Source of the DNA: an uncultured Bdellovibrionales bacterium
Lineage (GTDB): Bacteria; Patescibacteriota; Minisyncoccia; Moranbacterales; UBA2206
Direction: 5' to 3'
DNA: 49,171 nucleotides
Assembly: GCA_964387895.1 (NCBI GenBank)
Contig: CAYLWX010000003.1
Location: 1,277-50,447, forward strand
This document shows positions 18,981 to 28,071 of the stretch, piece after piece; within the stretch, counting starts at the first letter, position 1, and each line of letters opens with the position of its first letter. The notes below the pieces were generated by a model. The model had not been told where the DNA came from. It did not search any database and saw only the letters and a list, made by a program, of their open reading frames with translations. The position numbers and the translations under genes are program-made.

Positions 18981-19471
18981 AAAAGATTTTAGTTTCCCTC
19001 CTGTCTTATTTTCAAGGAGTTAATCCATGGGCTAAGCATTGGCTGGTTATTGCCGTTCGTGGATTCATGATAGTGATCCTTTTTTATCTTTTCTGTATAC
19101 ACTATCTTGAACCTCATCAAGCGGCAATAGTTTGGGATCGTGTTACCGGAAAACTTTGGCTTGATACCAAGCCGGCGTGGCACTTTACATGGCCCTGGGT
19201 TTCCGCCGCGCGTATTGATATGCGCCCTCAACGCGTGTGCATCACCTCAGGGACCAAAGCAGTAAATTGTAAGCTTGTTCGTTTTAAAGCAAGTGCGTTT
19301 AGGGAATTTGTGGCGACGGAGGGATTTCGTTATTACTGGCTCTCTAATCGCCTGTCGTTTAATTGGGGGTATGATGAAGAATATCGCGGATGGAGGGACA
19401 TCTTACGCGGATACGCCTTTAGTGTAAAAAAATATCCCTTTATTGTTGTGGTTCAGGAATATAAGGAGTGA
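18977..19471 (+). CDS. membrane-anchored protein, paralog of the previous gene
   Basis: ATGA overlap; IDMRPQRVCIT..NCKLVRF..YPF. Confidence 0.75.
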   Translation: MKKILVSLLSYFQGVNPWAKHWLVIAVRGFMIVILFYLFCIHYLEPHQAAIVWDRVTGKLWLDTKPAWHFTWPWVSAARIDMRPQRVCITSGTKAVNCKLVRFKASAFREFVATEGFRYYWLSNRLSFNWGYDEEYRGWRDILRGYAFSVKKYPFIVVVQEYKE

Positions 19472-19491
19472 AGATAGTTTGAACCCCTGGA

Positions 19492-19511
19492 ATAGCTATT
19501 CCAGGGGTTCT
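19492..19511 (+). terminator. hairpin after the paralog pair (full inverted repeat 19481-19510)
   Basis: GAACCCCTGGAATAG/CTATTCCAGGGGTTC perfect inverted repeat. Confidence 0.5.
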
Positions 19512-19598
19512 CATTGTATAAAAGGAAAAACTAAAGAGAAAAACCAGGATTAATTCTTTTCTTAATCTTCTATTTCCTCTTTATATAATCCGGGTTAT

Positions 19599-19779
19599 TC
19601 TTTGAAAATTTTCACTTTTCTGATAGGATTTGAGCTATGAATAGGGAACACATCAAAGCAATACTTTTTGACATGGACGGGGTTATTGTAGATTCGGAAC
19701 CGATCCATGAAAAGGCAATGAAGCAGACATGTCTTGATTTTGGAATTGGAGAATTGGAAAAAATGCTTTATGTATGAAG
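19599..19779 (+). pseudogene. internally deleted duplicate of the HAD gene
   Basis: 19599-19748 nearly identical to 16761-16910, then jumps to sequence resembling the HAD 3' end (GELEKMLYV vs GELGKILNI). Confidence 0.85.
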
Positions 19780-20409
19780 TTAATGCGTAATATCCCATTT
19801 TACTCAAACACTCCCGACAATACACACTGTTTTCAGGCTGTTTTTAAAATGGTCTTAAAATATTTCTGGCCGGAAAAGGATTTTTCATGGGAAGAGTTGG
19901 AGAAAATAACTGCCAAGCAAGAAGGGTTATGGACATGGCCTATGGCGGGACTGTTGTGGATGCAGGCGCATGGATTTGAGGTAAGAAATATTGAGGAATT
20001 TGATTATGAAGAATTTGCTCAACTTGGAGAACAATATCTTGAAGAATATCTTGGGCCAGAGGTAGCAAAAACACAAATTGAGCATAGCAGCATCGCGCAG
20101 GAGAGAATAATTGCAAAGAAATTTATGGAAAAAGTTCGCACGGAAAAAAGAATTCCTGTGCTGGATGATGTGAAAAGTCTTTTGCGGAAAGGGTATATAC
20201 TTGTTGTAAATCTTAACTCATGCGCTCTGAACGAAAGGGAAGGATATTCCGGCCACTCTGTAGTTATTACAAGCCTTGATGAAGAATATGTTTTTCTTCA
20301 CGATCCGGGTCTTCCAGCAAGAGAAAACAGAAAAGTAGCGCTGTCTATTTTTGAAAAAGCGTGGGCATATCCGGATGAAAAAATGAAGAATATTGCGGCA
20401 ATAAGGTAG
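19774..20409 (+). CDS. peptidase C39-like protein
   Basis: Putative Cys (HCFQA), His (GHSVVI) and Asp (LHDPG) triad. Confidence 0.75.
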   Translation: MKLMRNIPFYSNTPDNTHCFQAVFKMVLKYFWPEKDFSWEELEKITAKQEGLWTWPMAGLLWMQAHGFEVRNIEEFDYEEFAQLGEQYLEEYLGPEVAKTQIEHSSIAQERIIAKKFMEKVRTEKRIPVLDDVKSLLRKGYILVVNLNSCALNEREGYSGHSVVITSLDEEYVFLHDPGLPARENRKVALSIFEKAWAYPDEKMKNIAAIR

Positions 20410-20552
20410 CTATGATACGTCCGTATATCTTTTTACTCTTATATTTCCGGATGACTATTAGTAATAAAAGATTACAGGTAGTTTATTTTATGATACTATA
20501 TAATGAAAGTTGGTGAATACATAACCAGTAATCACGGAAAGGAGTACGAAGT

Positions 20553-21029
20553 ATGGATACGCTTGTTATTATCGGAGCTATACTTGCTCTCCTGGGGGTA
20601 ATAGGAAGTATGCTGCCGGTTATGCCCGGGCCGATTTTTAGTTTAGCGGCGTTGGTGGTATTGTATTTTGCCAGGGGCGCGGAAACAATATCATTGCTAA
20701 CTCTCGCGATATTCGGATTAGCTACCTTACTTCTGATTCTTATTGATTATGTCGCGCCTGTGTTGGGAGCCAAATTTTCCGGTGCGTCCAAAGCGGGGTT
20801 ATGGGGATCCATAATTGGAGCGCTGGTGGGGATTATTCTCTTTCCACCGGCGGGAATTTTCATCGGTGCCTTTCTGGGAGCGATCGCGGGAGAAATATAT
20901 GAAGGAAAAGAATTGCGTGCCGCGGTGCGGGCGGGAGCGGGTACAGTGGCGGGTAGTGTAGCAGTAATCGCGTTACAAGTCATCTTTTCTTTAGTGGTGC
21001 TGGTGTATTATTTCGCGAAAATTGTATAG
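20553..21029 (+). CDS. DUF456-family membrane protein
   Basis: LPVMPGP, IDYVA..LGAK..GAS, GAFLGA..GE. Confidence 0.85.
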   Translation: MDTLVIIGAILALLGVIGSMLPVMPGPIFSLAALVVLYFARGAETISLLTLAIFGLATLLLILIDYVAPVLGAKFSGASKAGLWGSIIGALVGIILFPPAGIFIGAFLGAIAGEIYEGKELRAAVRAGAGTVAGSVAVIALQVIFSLVVLVYYFAKIV

Positions 21030-21054
21030 TTTCTTAAAACGAGTTAATACTATT

Positions 21055-21087
21055 GGGCGGCGGGATGAAAGTAGAGCCGCCTTTTTT
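21055..21087 (+). terminator. intrinsic terminator
   Basis: GGCGGC..GCCGCC followed by a T tract; similar to 22470-22500. Confidence 0.65.
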
Positions 21088-21264
21088 CTTTACCCTGAAT
21101 CATTGACAAAATAAAAATTACTGGTAGTATACGTTGAAGTTCATGAACAACTAAATATGGCTTAAAAAAGCGACAAGATATGCTTTAAGGGAGTGCTATG
21201 CTAAAAGCCTGTACATATGTAGGTTTTGTGGTTAGTCGAAGTCAATTTGAGAGGGAGACATAAG

Positions 21265-22443
21265 GTGAAAAAGGAACCACGGCGAAGAAGTGACAGGGTA
21301 AGAGACATATTCAAAATGATGAGGTACATGCGTCACGGAATGGTGACTGGGGATGTCCAGAAGAGTACCTACCATGCTTTTCTTGATCTGTTGAACTCAT
21401 TGAATATGGCTCGTCTTATTGCGCAACGCGTGAGTAATCCTCAGGAAAAGAGTTACATTTTTCGAGAAATTACTCAGGTAACTCGCGAAGATCAGGATTT
21501 GCAACCTATTATAGATTTGTGGGAGCGGGGCGATCTTGATTTAGCGATGAAGGATGAAATTGGCCTGTCTCTTCTGCACGCGTGCTTTTTCTGTGGAAAA
21601 ATGAGAGAAGGCATTCAACTTATGGAAGAAGTTTTTATTGAACATCTCTATTCTTTCGAAGCATATTTAAAAGCCTTGTTGGTAACCTGGACACATACCA
21701 AAAAGAAGAGGTATCTTCATGCCGCAAGGGAAATTGCTGGGAATGGAGAAAATAATAAAGAAAGAGCGCTCGGGTTATATCTTATTGCAGAAAGTACAAA
21801 GGAGAAAGACGATCTGATAGAAGCAAAAAGGGCTTTAAGCAGGGTGATTACCTCTTTTCAAGGGGAACCGGAAATTGATAAATTTTATGCTCGCCGGGCG
21901 AGGGTCTTTTTATGGACAGGAAACTATAAAAAGGCAAGGCAAGCGGCGGGTCTCCTGGGTAGTCAGGAACTTTGCATTGAAGTGAAAGCCGACATTGTGC
22001 TTGCGACCAAGGATAAGGGTGATCTTGCCTCTTTGATGCGTGACTTTGAGAGTTGCGCGTGTCCGGGACCGGTGGCAATTGAAAAGATAGGAAAGGCATG
22101 TCTCTCTGCTCGGGGTAGTGATTTTGTTCGTGAGTGTGCCAGAAGAAGAGACAACGCGGCAGAGCGCTGCCTGTTTGCGGGGATAATAGAGGAAAGCATG
22201 GGAGGAACGGAAGCAGATTTCCAGCAGATGTGGCGCGACTATCATGAAATGATGACAATGTCGACCTCTTCTTTCCGTGAACGATGCAAAATAAGCGCGG
22301 TAGAAAAAATGGTGATGGCAGCAGTGCGCAGAGGCCATTTTTACAGCGCGCATAATATTATTATGGATACTCCGGAGGGAAATCCAAAATCTCAATGCAG
22401 AGGATATATGATGATCTATAAGAAGGAGGTGATTCATTTTTAA
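21265..22443 (+). CDS. hypothetical alpha-helical (repeat-like) protein
   Basis: Long ORF; AGGGAG before GTG 21265; TTGACA promoter at 21103. Confidence 0.7.
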   Translation: MKKEPRRRSDRVRDIFKMMRYMRHGMVTGDVQKSTYHAFLDLLNSLNMARLIAQRVSNPQEKSYIFREITQVTREDQDLQPIIDLWERGDLDLAMKDEIGLSLLHACFFCGKMREGIQLMEEVFIEHLYSFEAYLKALLVTWTHTKKKRYLHAAREIAGNGENNKERALGLYLIAESTKEKDDLIEAKRALSRVITSFQGEPEIDKFYARRARVFLWTGNYKKARQAAGLLGSQELCIEVKADIVLATKDKGDLASLMRDFESCACPGPVAIEKIGKACLSARGSDFVRECARRRDNAAERCLFAGIIEESMGGTEADFQQMWRDYHEMMTMSTSSFRERCKISAVEKMVMAAVRRGHFYSAHNIIMDTPEGNPKSQCRGYMMIYKKEVIHF

Positions 22444-22469
22444 TTAAAATGCCATAAGAGTTTCTCAAA

Positions 22470-22500
22470 GGGCGGCTGATGAAAATCAGGCCGCCCTTTT
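22470..22500 (+). terminator. intrinsic terminator
   Basis: GGGCGGC..GCCGCCC followed by TTTT. Confidence 0.7.
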
Positions 22501-22576
22501 CGTTTTTGTCTTGTTCCCCCATCCAAAAAATGCTATCATATCATGATATCTTACCTTAAAAATTACTTATATTCCT

Positions 22577-23818
22577 ATGAAAACCACAGGGAACAATAAT
22601 AATATACAAAAGAAAAAATATCCCCAACTTCAGAGAACTATTGAAACGGACGTGGCGGTTGTTGGCGGAGGGTTGGCGGGGGTGATGAGCGCTTACCTTC
22701 TGGCCAAAGCCGGCAAGCGGGTGGTGCTTTTGGAATCAAAAGAAATTGGCTCCGGCGCGACACTGCTTACTACCGCGTTTATTACGCAGGTAATCGATAC
22801 TAATATTTCAGATCTTGCAGACATGTTCGGCCGCAAAGTGACGAAACTGGTGTGGGAGTCCGGGAGGAAAGCCATTGAAGAATTAGAGGCAATTGCGCGT
22901 GCTGAACGGATTGATTGTGAGTTTAATCTTTGTCCGGCGTACCAGTTTGCCAATACTAAAAAGCAACTGGCTAAACTGGAAAGCGACGCTATGGCTGCCC
23001 GCCGGATGGAGTTTGATGTTTCTTTTCATCGTGAAAACCAGCTGGAAATCAAACACGCCGGGTATCTTAAAATAAATCATCAAGCTAAGTTTCATCCCGC
23101 TAAATTTCTTTTCGCGCTCGCGGAAAAAGCCGTAGCGCATGGTGCTTCCCTGTTTGAAAACTCCAGGGTAACGGATATCGCCGGTGACGGTCCGGTTACG
23201 GTATATACCAAAGAAGGCAAAATAGTCGCTGATGATGTGATTGTTGCTACCCATTGGCCGTTTGATAATCCCAGAAAAACATGGTTCAAAAAAGGAATTT
23301 ATGTGAGCTATGTCCTGGAATTTGAGATGCCCCCCCGCATTCTGCCGGAAGCAATTTATTGGGACCTGGATAACCCGTATCATTATTTCCGCGTGGATTC
23401 CCGCGGAGAATGCGACCGGCTTATTCTGGGAGGGGGCGACCACCGGAAGGAGATACCGGTGGATATTCATAAAATAGACGAGTCGCTGGAAAAATTTTTA
23501 CGTAAAATACTGGGGTCCGGCGTAGTGTTGAAGATGACTAAAAAATGGGCCGGACCGATTCTGGAGCCAAGCGACGGGTTGCCGCTTATCGGCAGGGTTA
23601 ACCCTCATTACTACGTCGCATCCGCGTTCTCCGGCAACGGCATGACGTATTCCGCCATTGCCGCCATGATGTTTCGGGATATGATTTTGGGAATAAAAAA
23701 TCCATGGGAACGCGTGTATGATCCCATCAGAATTCCGACGTTGAAACAAATTTATATGAAAGGCAGGGATTATATTGGAGAGTTTTTTGGAGGAGCGGTG
23801 AAAAATATGCTTAGGTAA
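22577..23818 (+). CDS. FAD-dependent oxidoreductase (DAO/YhfW-like, no Rieske domain)
   Basis: VVGGGLAG, FHPAK, VATH, DGLPLIG, FSGNGMT. Confidence 0.9.
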   Translation: MKTTGNNNNIQKKKYPQLQRTIETDVAVVGGGLAGVMSAYLLAKAGKRVVLLESKEIGSGATLLTTAFITQVIDTNISDLADMFGRKVTKLVWESGRKAIEELEAIARAERIDCEFNLCPAYQFANTKKQLAKLESDAMAARRMEFDVSFHRENQLEIKHAGYLKINHQAKFHPAKFLFALAEKAVAHGASLFENSRVTDIAGDGPVTVYTKEGKIVADDVIVATHWPFDNPRKTWFKKGIYVSYVLEFEMPPRILPEAIYWDLDNPYHYFRVDSRGECDRLILGGGDHRKEIPVDIHKIDESLEKFLRKILGSGVVLKMTKKWAGPILEPSDGLPLIGRVNPHYYVASAFSGNGMTYSAIAAMMFRDMILGIKNPWERVYDPIRIPTLKQIYMKGRDYIGEFFGGAVKNMLR

Positions 23819-23867
23819 GCGACTCTAATTTACCTGCTCGCAGTGTTACAGCGTTACAGGCGGGCGA

Positions 23868-24440
23868 ATGAACACTCGAATGACACGAATAAATAATACG
23901 AATAGTAAATTAACGGAAACCGTAATATTAGGCGGGGGTTGTTTTTGGTGTTTGGAAGCAGTTTATAATAGAGTAAAAGGCGTGCAGTTGGTGGTTTCCG
24001 GTTATGCCGGCGGGACAAAGGAAAATCCCACCTATGAAGAAGTATGTCTTGGGAATACTGGTCACGCGGAAGTAGTGCAGGTTACGTATGATCCGAAACT
24101 TATTTCATATAAAAATATGTTAGGCATCTTCTTTTCCATTCACGATCCGACTACGCGCAATCAGCAGGGGAATGATGCGGGCACGCAGTATCGTTCGGTA
24201 ATTTTTTTTATGAATGACAAGCAGCGCGATATGGCGGAAAGCGTTATAAAAGAACTATCAGAGAAGCATATCTATGATAATCCGATAGTTACTGAAGTGG
24301 TACCGCTTACTGTGTTTTATCCCGCGGAAACCTGGCATCAGCGTTATTTTGAAAAAAATCCCAACCAGGCGTATTGCCAGCTGGTGATCGCGCCAAAAGT
24401 GGCGAAGTTTCGGGAGAAGTACAGGGAGTATTATAAATAA
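23868..24440 (+). CDS. msrA: peptide-methionine (S)-S-oxide reductase
   Basis: GGGCFWC, GHAEVV, QGND.GTQYRS, FYPAE.WHQ.Y, YC. Confidence 0.96.
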   Translation: MNTRMTRINNTNSKLTETVILGGGCFWCLEAVYNRVKGVQLVVSGYAGGTKENPTYEEVCLGNTGHAEVVQVTYDPKLISYKNMLGIFFSIHDPTTRNQQGNDAGTQYRSVIFFMNDKQRDMAESVIKELSEKHIYDNPIVTEVVPLTVFYPAETWHQRYFEKNPNQAYCQLVIAPKVAKFREKYREYYK

Positions 24441-24453
24441 CTTTCATAAAAAC

Positions 24454-24490
24454 AGAAAATCCGTCCCGGCACGATGTGCGGAGACGGATT
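24454..24490. repeat. 37-bp hairpin repeat, copy 1 of 3
   Basis: AGAAAATCCGTCCCGGCACGATGTGCGGAGACGGATT. Confidence 0.85.
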
Positions 24491-24595
24491 CAGGTTAAAG
24501 AGATGTCGGTGCGGATTTCTAACGTCTAGACAAGATTATCCTATCAAAGTTATTTATTAGGAAATTCCATGTTTTTTTGATATTATAGAGTTGCA

Positions 24596-25315
24596 ATGAA
24601 TTCATCTTTTATTCATCACGATGCGGAAGCGGCAAATAGTTTTATAAAACAAAATAAAAAATTGCTCATTGAAAAATTTGCAAGCATAGAAGAGCATCCT
24701 TCCGTAGAAGTTCCGTTTTCTATTTTTATGGCAGGATCGCCTGGAGCTGGTAAGACGGAATTTTCAAAAGCATTAGTTGGTATTTTTCTTAAAATGAATC
24801 CTCAGAAAAGCGCTGTAAGAATTGATGCAGATGACATTAAGGAAATAATCCCGCAATACAATGGGAAAAATTCTGATATAATTCAAGGTGCTTCTGCTTT
24901 GGGAGTAGAGAAATTACTCGATCATGTTTTAAGCAAAAAGCAAAACGCAATTATAGATGGGACATTTCAGAATTTCAAAAAATCAGAGGAAAATATAGAA
25001 AGATCCTTGAAGCGAGGAAGGATAGTGAATATATTCTACATATATCAGGACCCATTGATTGCGTGGGATTTTACTAAAAAAAGAGAGGTATTGGAAGGTA
25101 GATATATCCCTAAAGAAGCTTTTGTTAAGTCTTTCTTTTTAGCAAGGGATAATGCAAATAAGATAAAATCTATCTATGGCAGTAAAGTAAGTCTGCATCT
25201 TATTATAAAGGACTATTCAAATAAACTAGCTGAAATAAAACTAAATATTCAAAACATTGACTCGCACATCGAAATGTTGTATGATCATAAATCATTAATA
25301 TTAAAATTATGTTGA
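24596..25315 (+). CDS. zeta-toxin-family P-loop protein
   Basis: MAGSPGAGKTE, IDADDIKE, IIDGT, R..LEGRYIP. Confidence 0.8.
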   Translation: MNSSFIHHDAEAANSFIKQNKKLLIEKFASIEEHPSVEVPFSIFMAGSPGAGKTEFSKALVGIFLKMNPQKSAVRIDADDIKEIIPQYNGKNSDIIQGASALGVEKLLDHVLSKKQNAIIDGTFQNFKKSEENIERSLKRGRIVNIFYIYQDPLIAWDFTKKREVLEGRYIPKEAFVKSFFLARDNANKIKSIYGSKVSLHLIIKDYSNKLAEIKLNIQNIDSHIEMLYDHKSLILKLC

Positions 25316-25503
25316 AGAAAATAACGCGGTTTTTAGTTAAAAATAAGAAAAAAGTTGGAAATACTTTTTTCGATCTCCCGTTGATTGAACAGGAAGAAAT
25401 AATAAAAAAAGCCACAGTTGAAGCAAATAAAAAACAGAGTGATTTAGTTGAACGGTACAATAGAGAATTTAAAAATATGTCCAAGGGTGAATGTAAAATA
25501 TAG
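25309..25503 (+). CDS. small helical protein, candidate antitoxin or partner
   Basis: Overlaps the zeta-like gene end; FFDLP..EQEEIIKKA..EAN..Q. Confidence 0.6.
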   Translation: MLKKITRFLVKNKKKVGNTFFDLPLIEQEEIIKKATVEANKKQSDLVERYNREFKNMSKGECKI

Positions 25504-25540
25504 AAGCCAGGTTCCTTAACAGGCAAGGGGAAAAATACCA

Positions 25541-26188
25541 ATGAAAGCTACAAATCTTTATTTCAACATGAACCAGTCCAACTCAGCTCTTCTGGTGATT
25601 GATGTTATTAATTCCTGCGCGCATGAGAAATGCGAAATCGAGAAATGGAATATCAGGTTTTCCAGGATAAGAGAAATGGTTCCGGAACTTATAAAGTTTA
25701 TTGATCTTTACAGAAAAAATATTGGAGGGTTAATATCATTTGCCAATACGGTACCCTGGAGAAAGGAATACCTTCAGTAAAATCTCAATGAACTTTATAC
25801 TGATCCCCGGGCGGAGTATTACTCAACAGATGAGAGTGGTTTTGCAGAGCAGTTTTATGGAGTGAAACCAGCTTCGGAAGATATAATAATTACTAAAAAT
25901 TCTTATGACGCATTTTCCGGTACTGATCTGGAGAGAGTACTCAAGGAGAGAGGCATTCATTATATTATAATCGCGGGAATCTTTGGGGACGGATGCGTGA
26001 TGGCGACTGTTTGCGGAGGATTTTCACGGGGATTTAATTTTGTGATGCTGGAAGATCTTGTCGAAACTACCGATGTTCCTGTTCGTCAGGAAATATTAAA
26101 AGAATTGAAAACTTTTACATGGCCGGCGATGTATGGAAAAGTTATGAAAGGAGGAGAGTTTCTTTATTGCTGGCGGGAGGAAAAGTAG
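25541..26188 (+). pseudogene. cysteine hydrolase (isochorismatase family) with in-frame TAA at 25778-25780
   Basis: ALLVIDV; the two ORFs share a frame, joined by 27 open codons; K.SYDAF..T, G..DGCV. Confidence 0.85.
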
Positions 26189-26271
26189 AAAGTATAGAAC
26201 TTCGTAACAAGGCAGGTGAAGCTTAAAGCTGATCCCGCCTTATTTTTTTTGCTGTTTTTCTTTTTGTGGCA

Positions 26272-26360
26272 GCTTGGTGTATATTCCCGCGGTGTTATTG
26301 CCAGTGTGCATTGAGTCTCGAAAAAGAAAATCCGTCCCGGCACGATGTGCGGGGACGGAC
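26272..26360 (+). repeat. mosaic duplicate of GT2-locus pieces plus hairpin repeat copy 2
   Basis: Matches 27272-27287, 27416-27465 and 27987-28029 in order. Confidence 0.85.
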
Positions 26361-26532
26361 TGGTTTTATTTCCGTTAACTTATTCAAAGAATTTAAACTT
26401 CTTCTGTTTCCGGATTGATCCACACGCCTCTATAGCATCTTGAAAAAAAGATTGTCAATGAGAATGCTTGCTCATGTGTATGAAATCAGATATAATTATG
26501 AAATTGTGGAATTAATTTTTTATTACAGAATA

Positions 26533-27600
26533 ATGTCATCTCGGTTACGCTCAATTTACCAATCCAAAAATAATCTTGCTCGGCAACTTACGGTTATTGT
26601 TCCGGCTTACAATGAAGAAGAAAGCATCGCGGATACATTGCAAAGTATTTTAAATCAAACATGCCCGCCAAAAGAAATCATTGTGGTAGATGATTTTTCA
26701 AAAGATAAAACAGGAGATGTCGCGCGCAAGTGCGGGGTTACGGTAATTCGTCCTCCTCGAAACACCGGCTCAAAAGCCGGTGCTCAGAATTTTGCGTTGC
26801 GGCAAGTGAATACTAAATATCTGATGGCGATTGATGCCGATACGGTATTGGAAAAAGATGCTATTGAAAAACTTTTCCGCGCGTTTCGGGATAAAAAAGT
26901 AGTCGCGGCCTGCGGGTTCGTGCTTCCTCGTTATGTGCGTACAATGTGGGAGCGGGGGAGATATATTGAATACCTTTTTGCCTTTAGCTTTTACAAGCCT
27001 ATTCAGGATTATTTTGGGAAGCCATTGATTTCATCGGGTTGCTTTTCGCTCTATCAAACAGAAGCGGTCCGCGAGCAGGGAGGATGGTCAATGCGGACTA
27101 TGGCTGAAGACATGGATTTAACCTGGAGTTTTTACCAAAAAGGGCATAAAGTTCGATTTATTCCCGAAGCATTATGTTACCCTATTGAGCCTCATAACTA
27201 TGACTTTATGAGCAAACAATTGCGTCGCTGGTCGCATGGGTTCGTGCAGAATGTAATGTTACACTGGCGCGGCTTGGTGCATATTCCTTACTTGCGTTTG
27301 GCGGTGGCGGTTTCGGTTTGGGATTCCATTATCGCTTCCGTAGCGTATCTCTTTTTAATTCCAATTCTTGCGGTGTATTTTAAACAGCCTTTATTGTTGT
27401 CGGGATATATCATTGATATTCCCGCGGTGTTATTGCCAGTGTGCATTGAGGCTCGAAAAAGAAAAGAGATAAAAAAAGTGTTGGCAAGTTTTCCGTCTTT
27501 TTTTGTGCTGCGTTTTGTGAATAGTATATTTATTTTGAAAGCCTTCTGGAGCGAACTGGTTTTGAAGCGTTCGCTTCGAGTTTACGAAAAGGGGCATTGA
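26533..27600 (+). CDS. glycosyltransferase family 2 (processive type)
   Basis: VPAYNEE, VVDD, KAGAQN, IDAD, AED, QLRRW (QxxRW); C-terminal TM helices. Confidence 0.92.
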   Translation: MSSRLRSIYQSKNNLARQLTVIVPAYNEEESIADTLQSILNQTCPPKEIIVVDDFSKDKTGDVARKCGVTVIRPPRNTGSKAGAQNFALRQVNTKYLMAIDADTVLEKDAIEKLFRAFRDKKVVAACGFVLPRYVRTMWERGRYIEYLFAFSFYKPIQDYFGKPLISSGCFSLYQTEAVREQGGWSMRTMAEDMDLTWSFYQKGHKVRFIPEALCYPIEPHNYDFMSKQLRRWSHGFVQNVMLHWRGLVHIPYLRLAVAVSVWDSIIASVAYLFLIPILAVYFKQPLLLSGYIIDIPAVLLPVCIEARKRKEIKKVLASFPSFFVLRFVNSIFILKAFWSELVLKRSLRVYEKGH

Positions 27601-27627
27601 TTTTATAATTTTTATTATATCGCTCAT

Positions 27628-27984
27628 ATGAACATCGGTCTTCCCGGAACGGGCATTGGGGGATTATTTTATTTCTTTTCCGCGCTGGTAATGCTGTGGA
27701 TAGAAATAGTGCGGCTGCTGCGCCGGAAAAAAGATACCCACCGCTCGCGGATTGCCAGGCGGGTGATTCCCATGCTGATGGGAATTATACTATCCATGCT
27801 TTTCCTGGACTGGGTAATAAGCATAGTTATTCTTTCGATTCGCTCTTCATCATCCTATGGCGCGGTCGCGCAGCAATCTTCTTATAAAATACTTACATTG
27901 CAGCCGATTCTTCTTTCTATGATTACGCTGGCAGTAATTCTATTGAGCGTGCACATTATGAAATTTATTGTGCGTCTTCGCTGA
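27628..27984 (+). CDS. membrane protein co-transcribed with GT2
   Basis: MNIGLPGTGIGGLFY; about three TM segments. Confidence 0.75.
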   Translation: MNIGLPGTGIGGLFYFFSALVMLWIEIVRLLRRKKDTHRSRIARRVIPMLMGIILSMLFLDWVISIVILSIRSSSSYGAVAQQSSYKILTLQPILLSMITLAVILLSVHIMKFIVRLR

Positions 27985-27994
27985 TGCTCGAAAA

Positions 27995-28032
27995 AGAAAA
28001 TCCGTCCCGGCACGATGTGCAGGGACGGATTT
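27995..28032 (-). terminator. hairpin repeat copy 3, plausible terminator for purC
   Basis: ATCCGTCCC..GGGACGGAT followed by TTTTCTTTTT on the minus strand. Confidence 0.65.
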
Positions 28033-28071
28033 AAAGCAGGCAGTTGACATGGGTTTTCAGGGAGTTGTTTA

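Noticed and set aside
16761-19748. DGR template/variable repeat pair (also 26281 vs 27416)
   Set aside because: Differences are few and not adenine-specific; no reverse transcriptase in the window
22476-22490. Hammerhead core CTGATGA..GAAA
   Set aside because: Lies inside a simple terminator hairpin with no stems I-III
24454-28032. CRISPR array from 37-bp palindromic repeats
   Set aside because: Copies are 1.7-1.9 kb apart with genes between them; no cas genes
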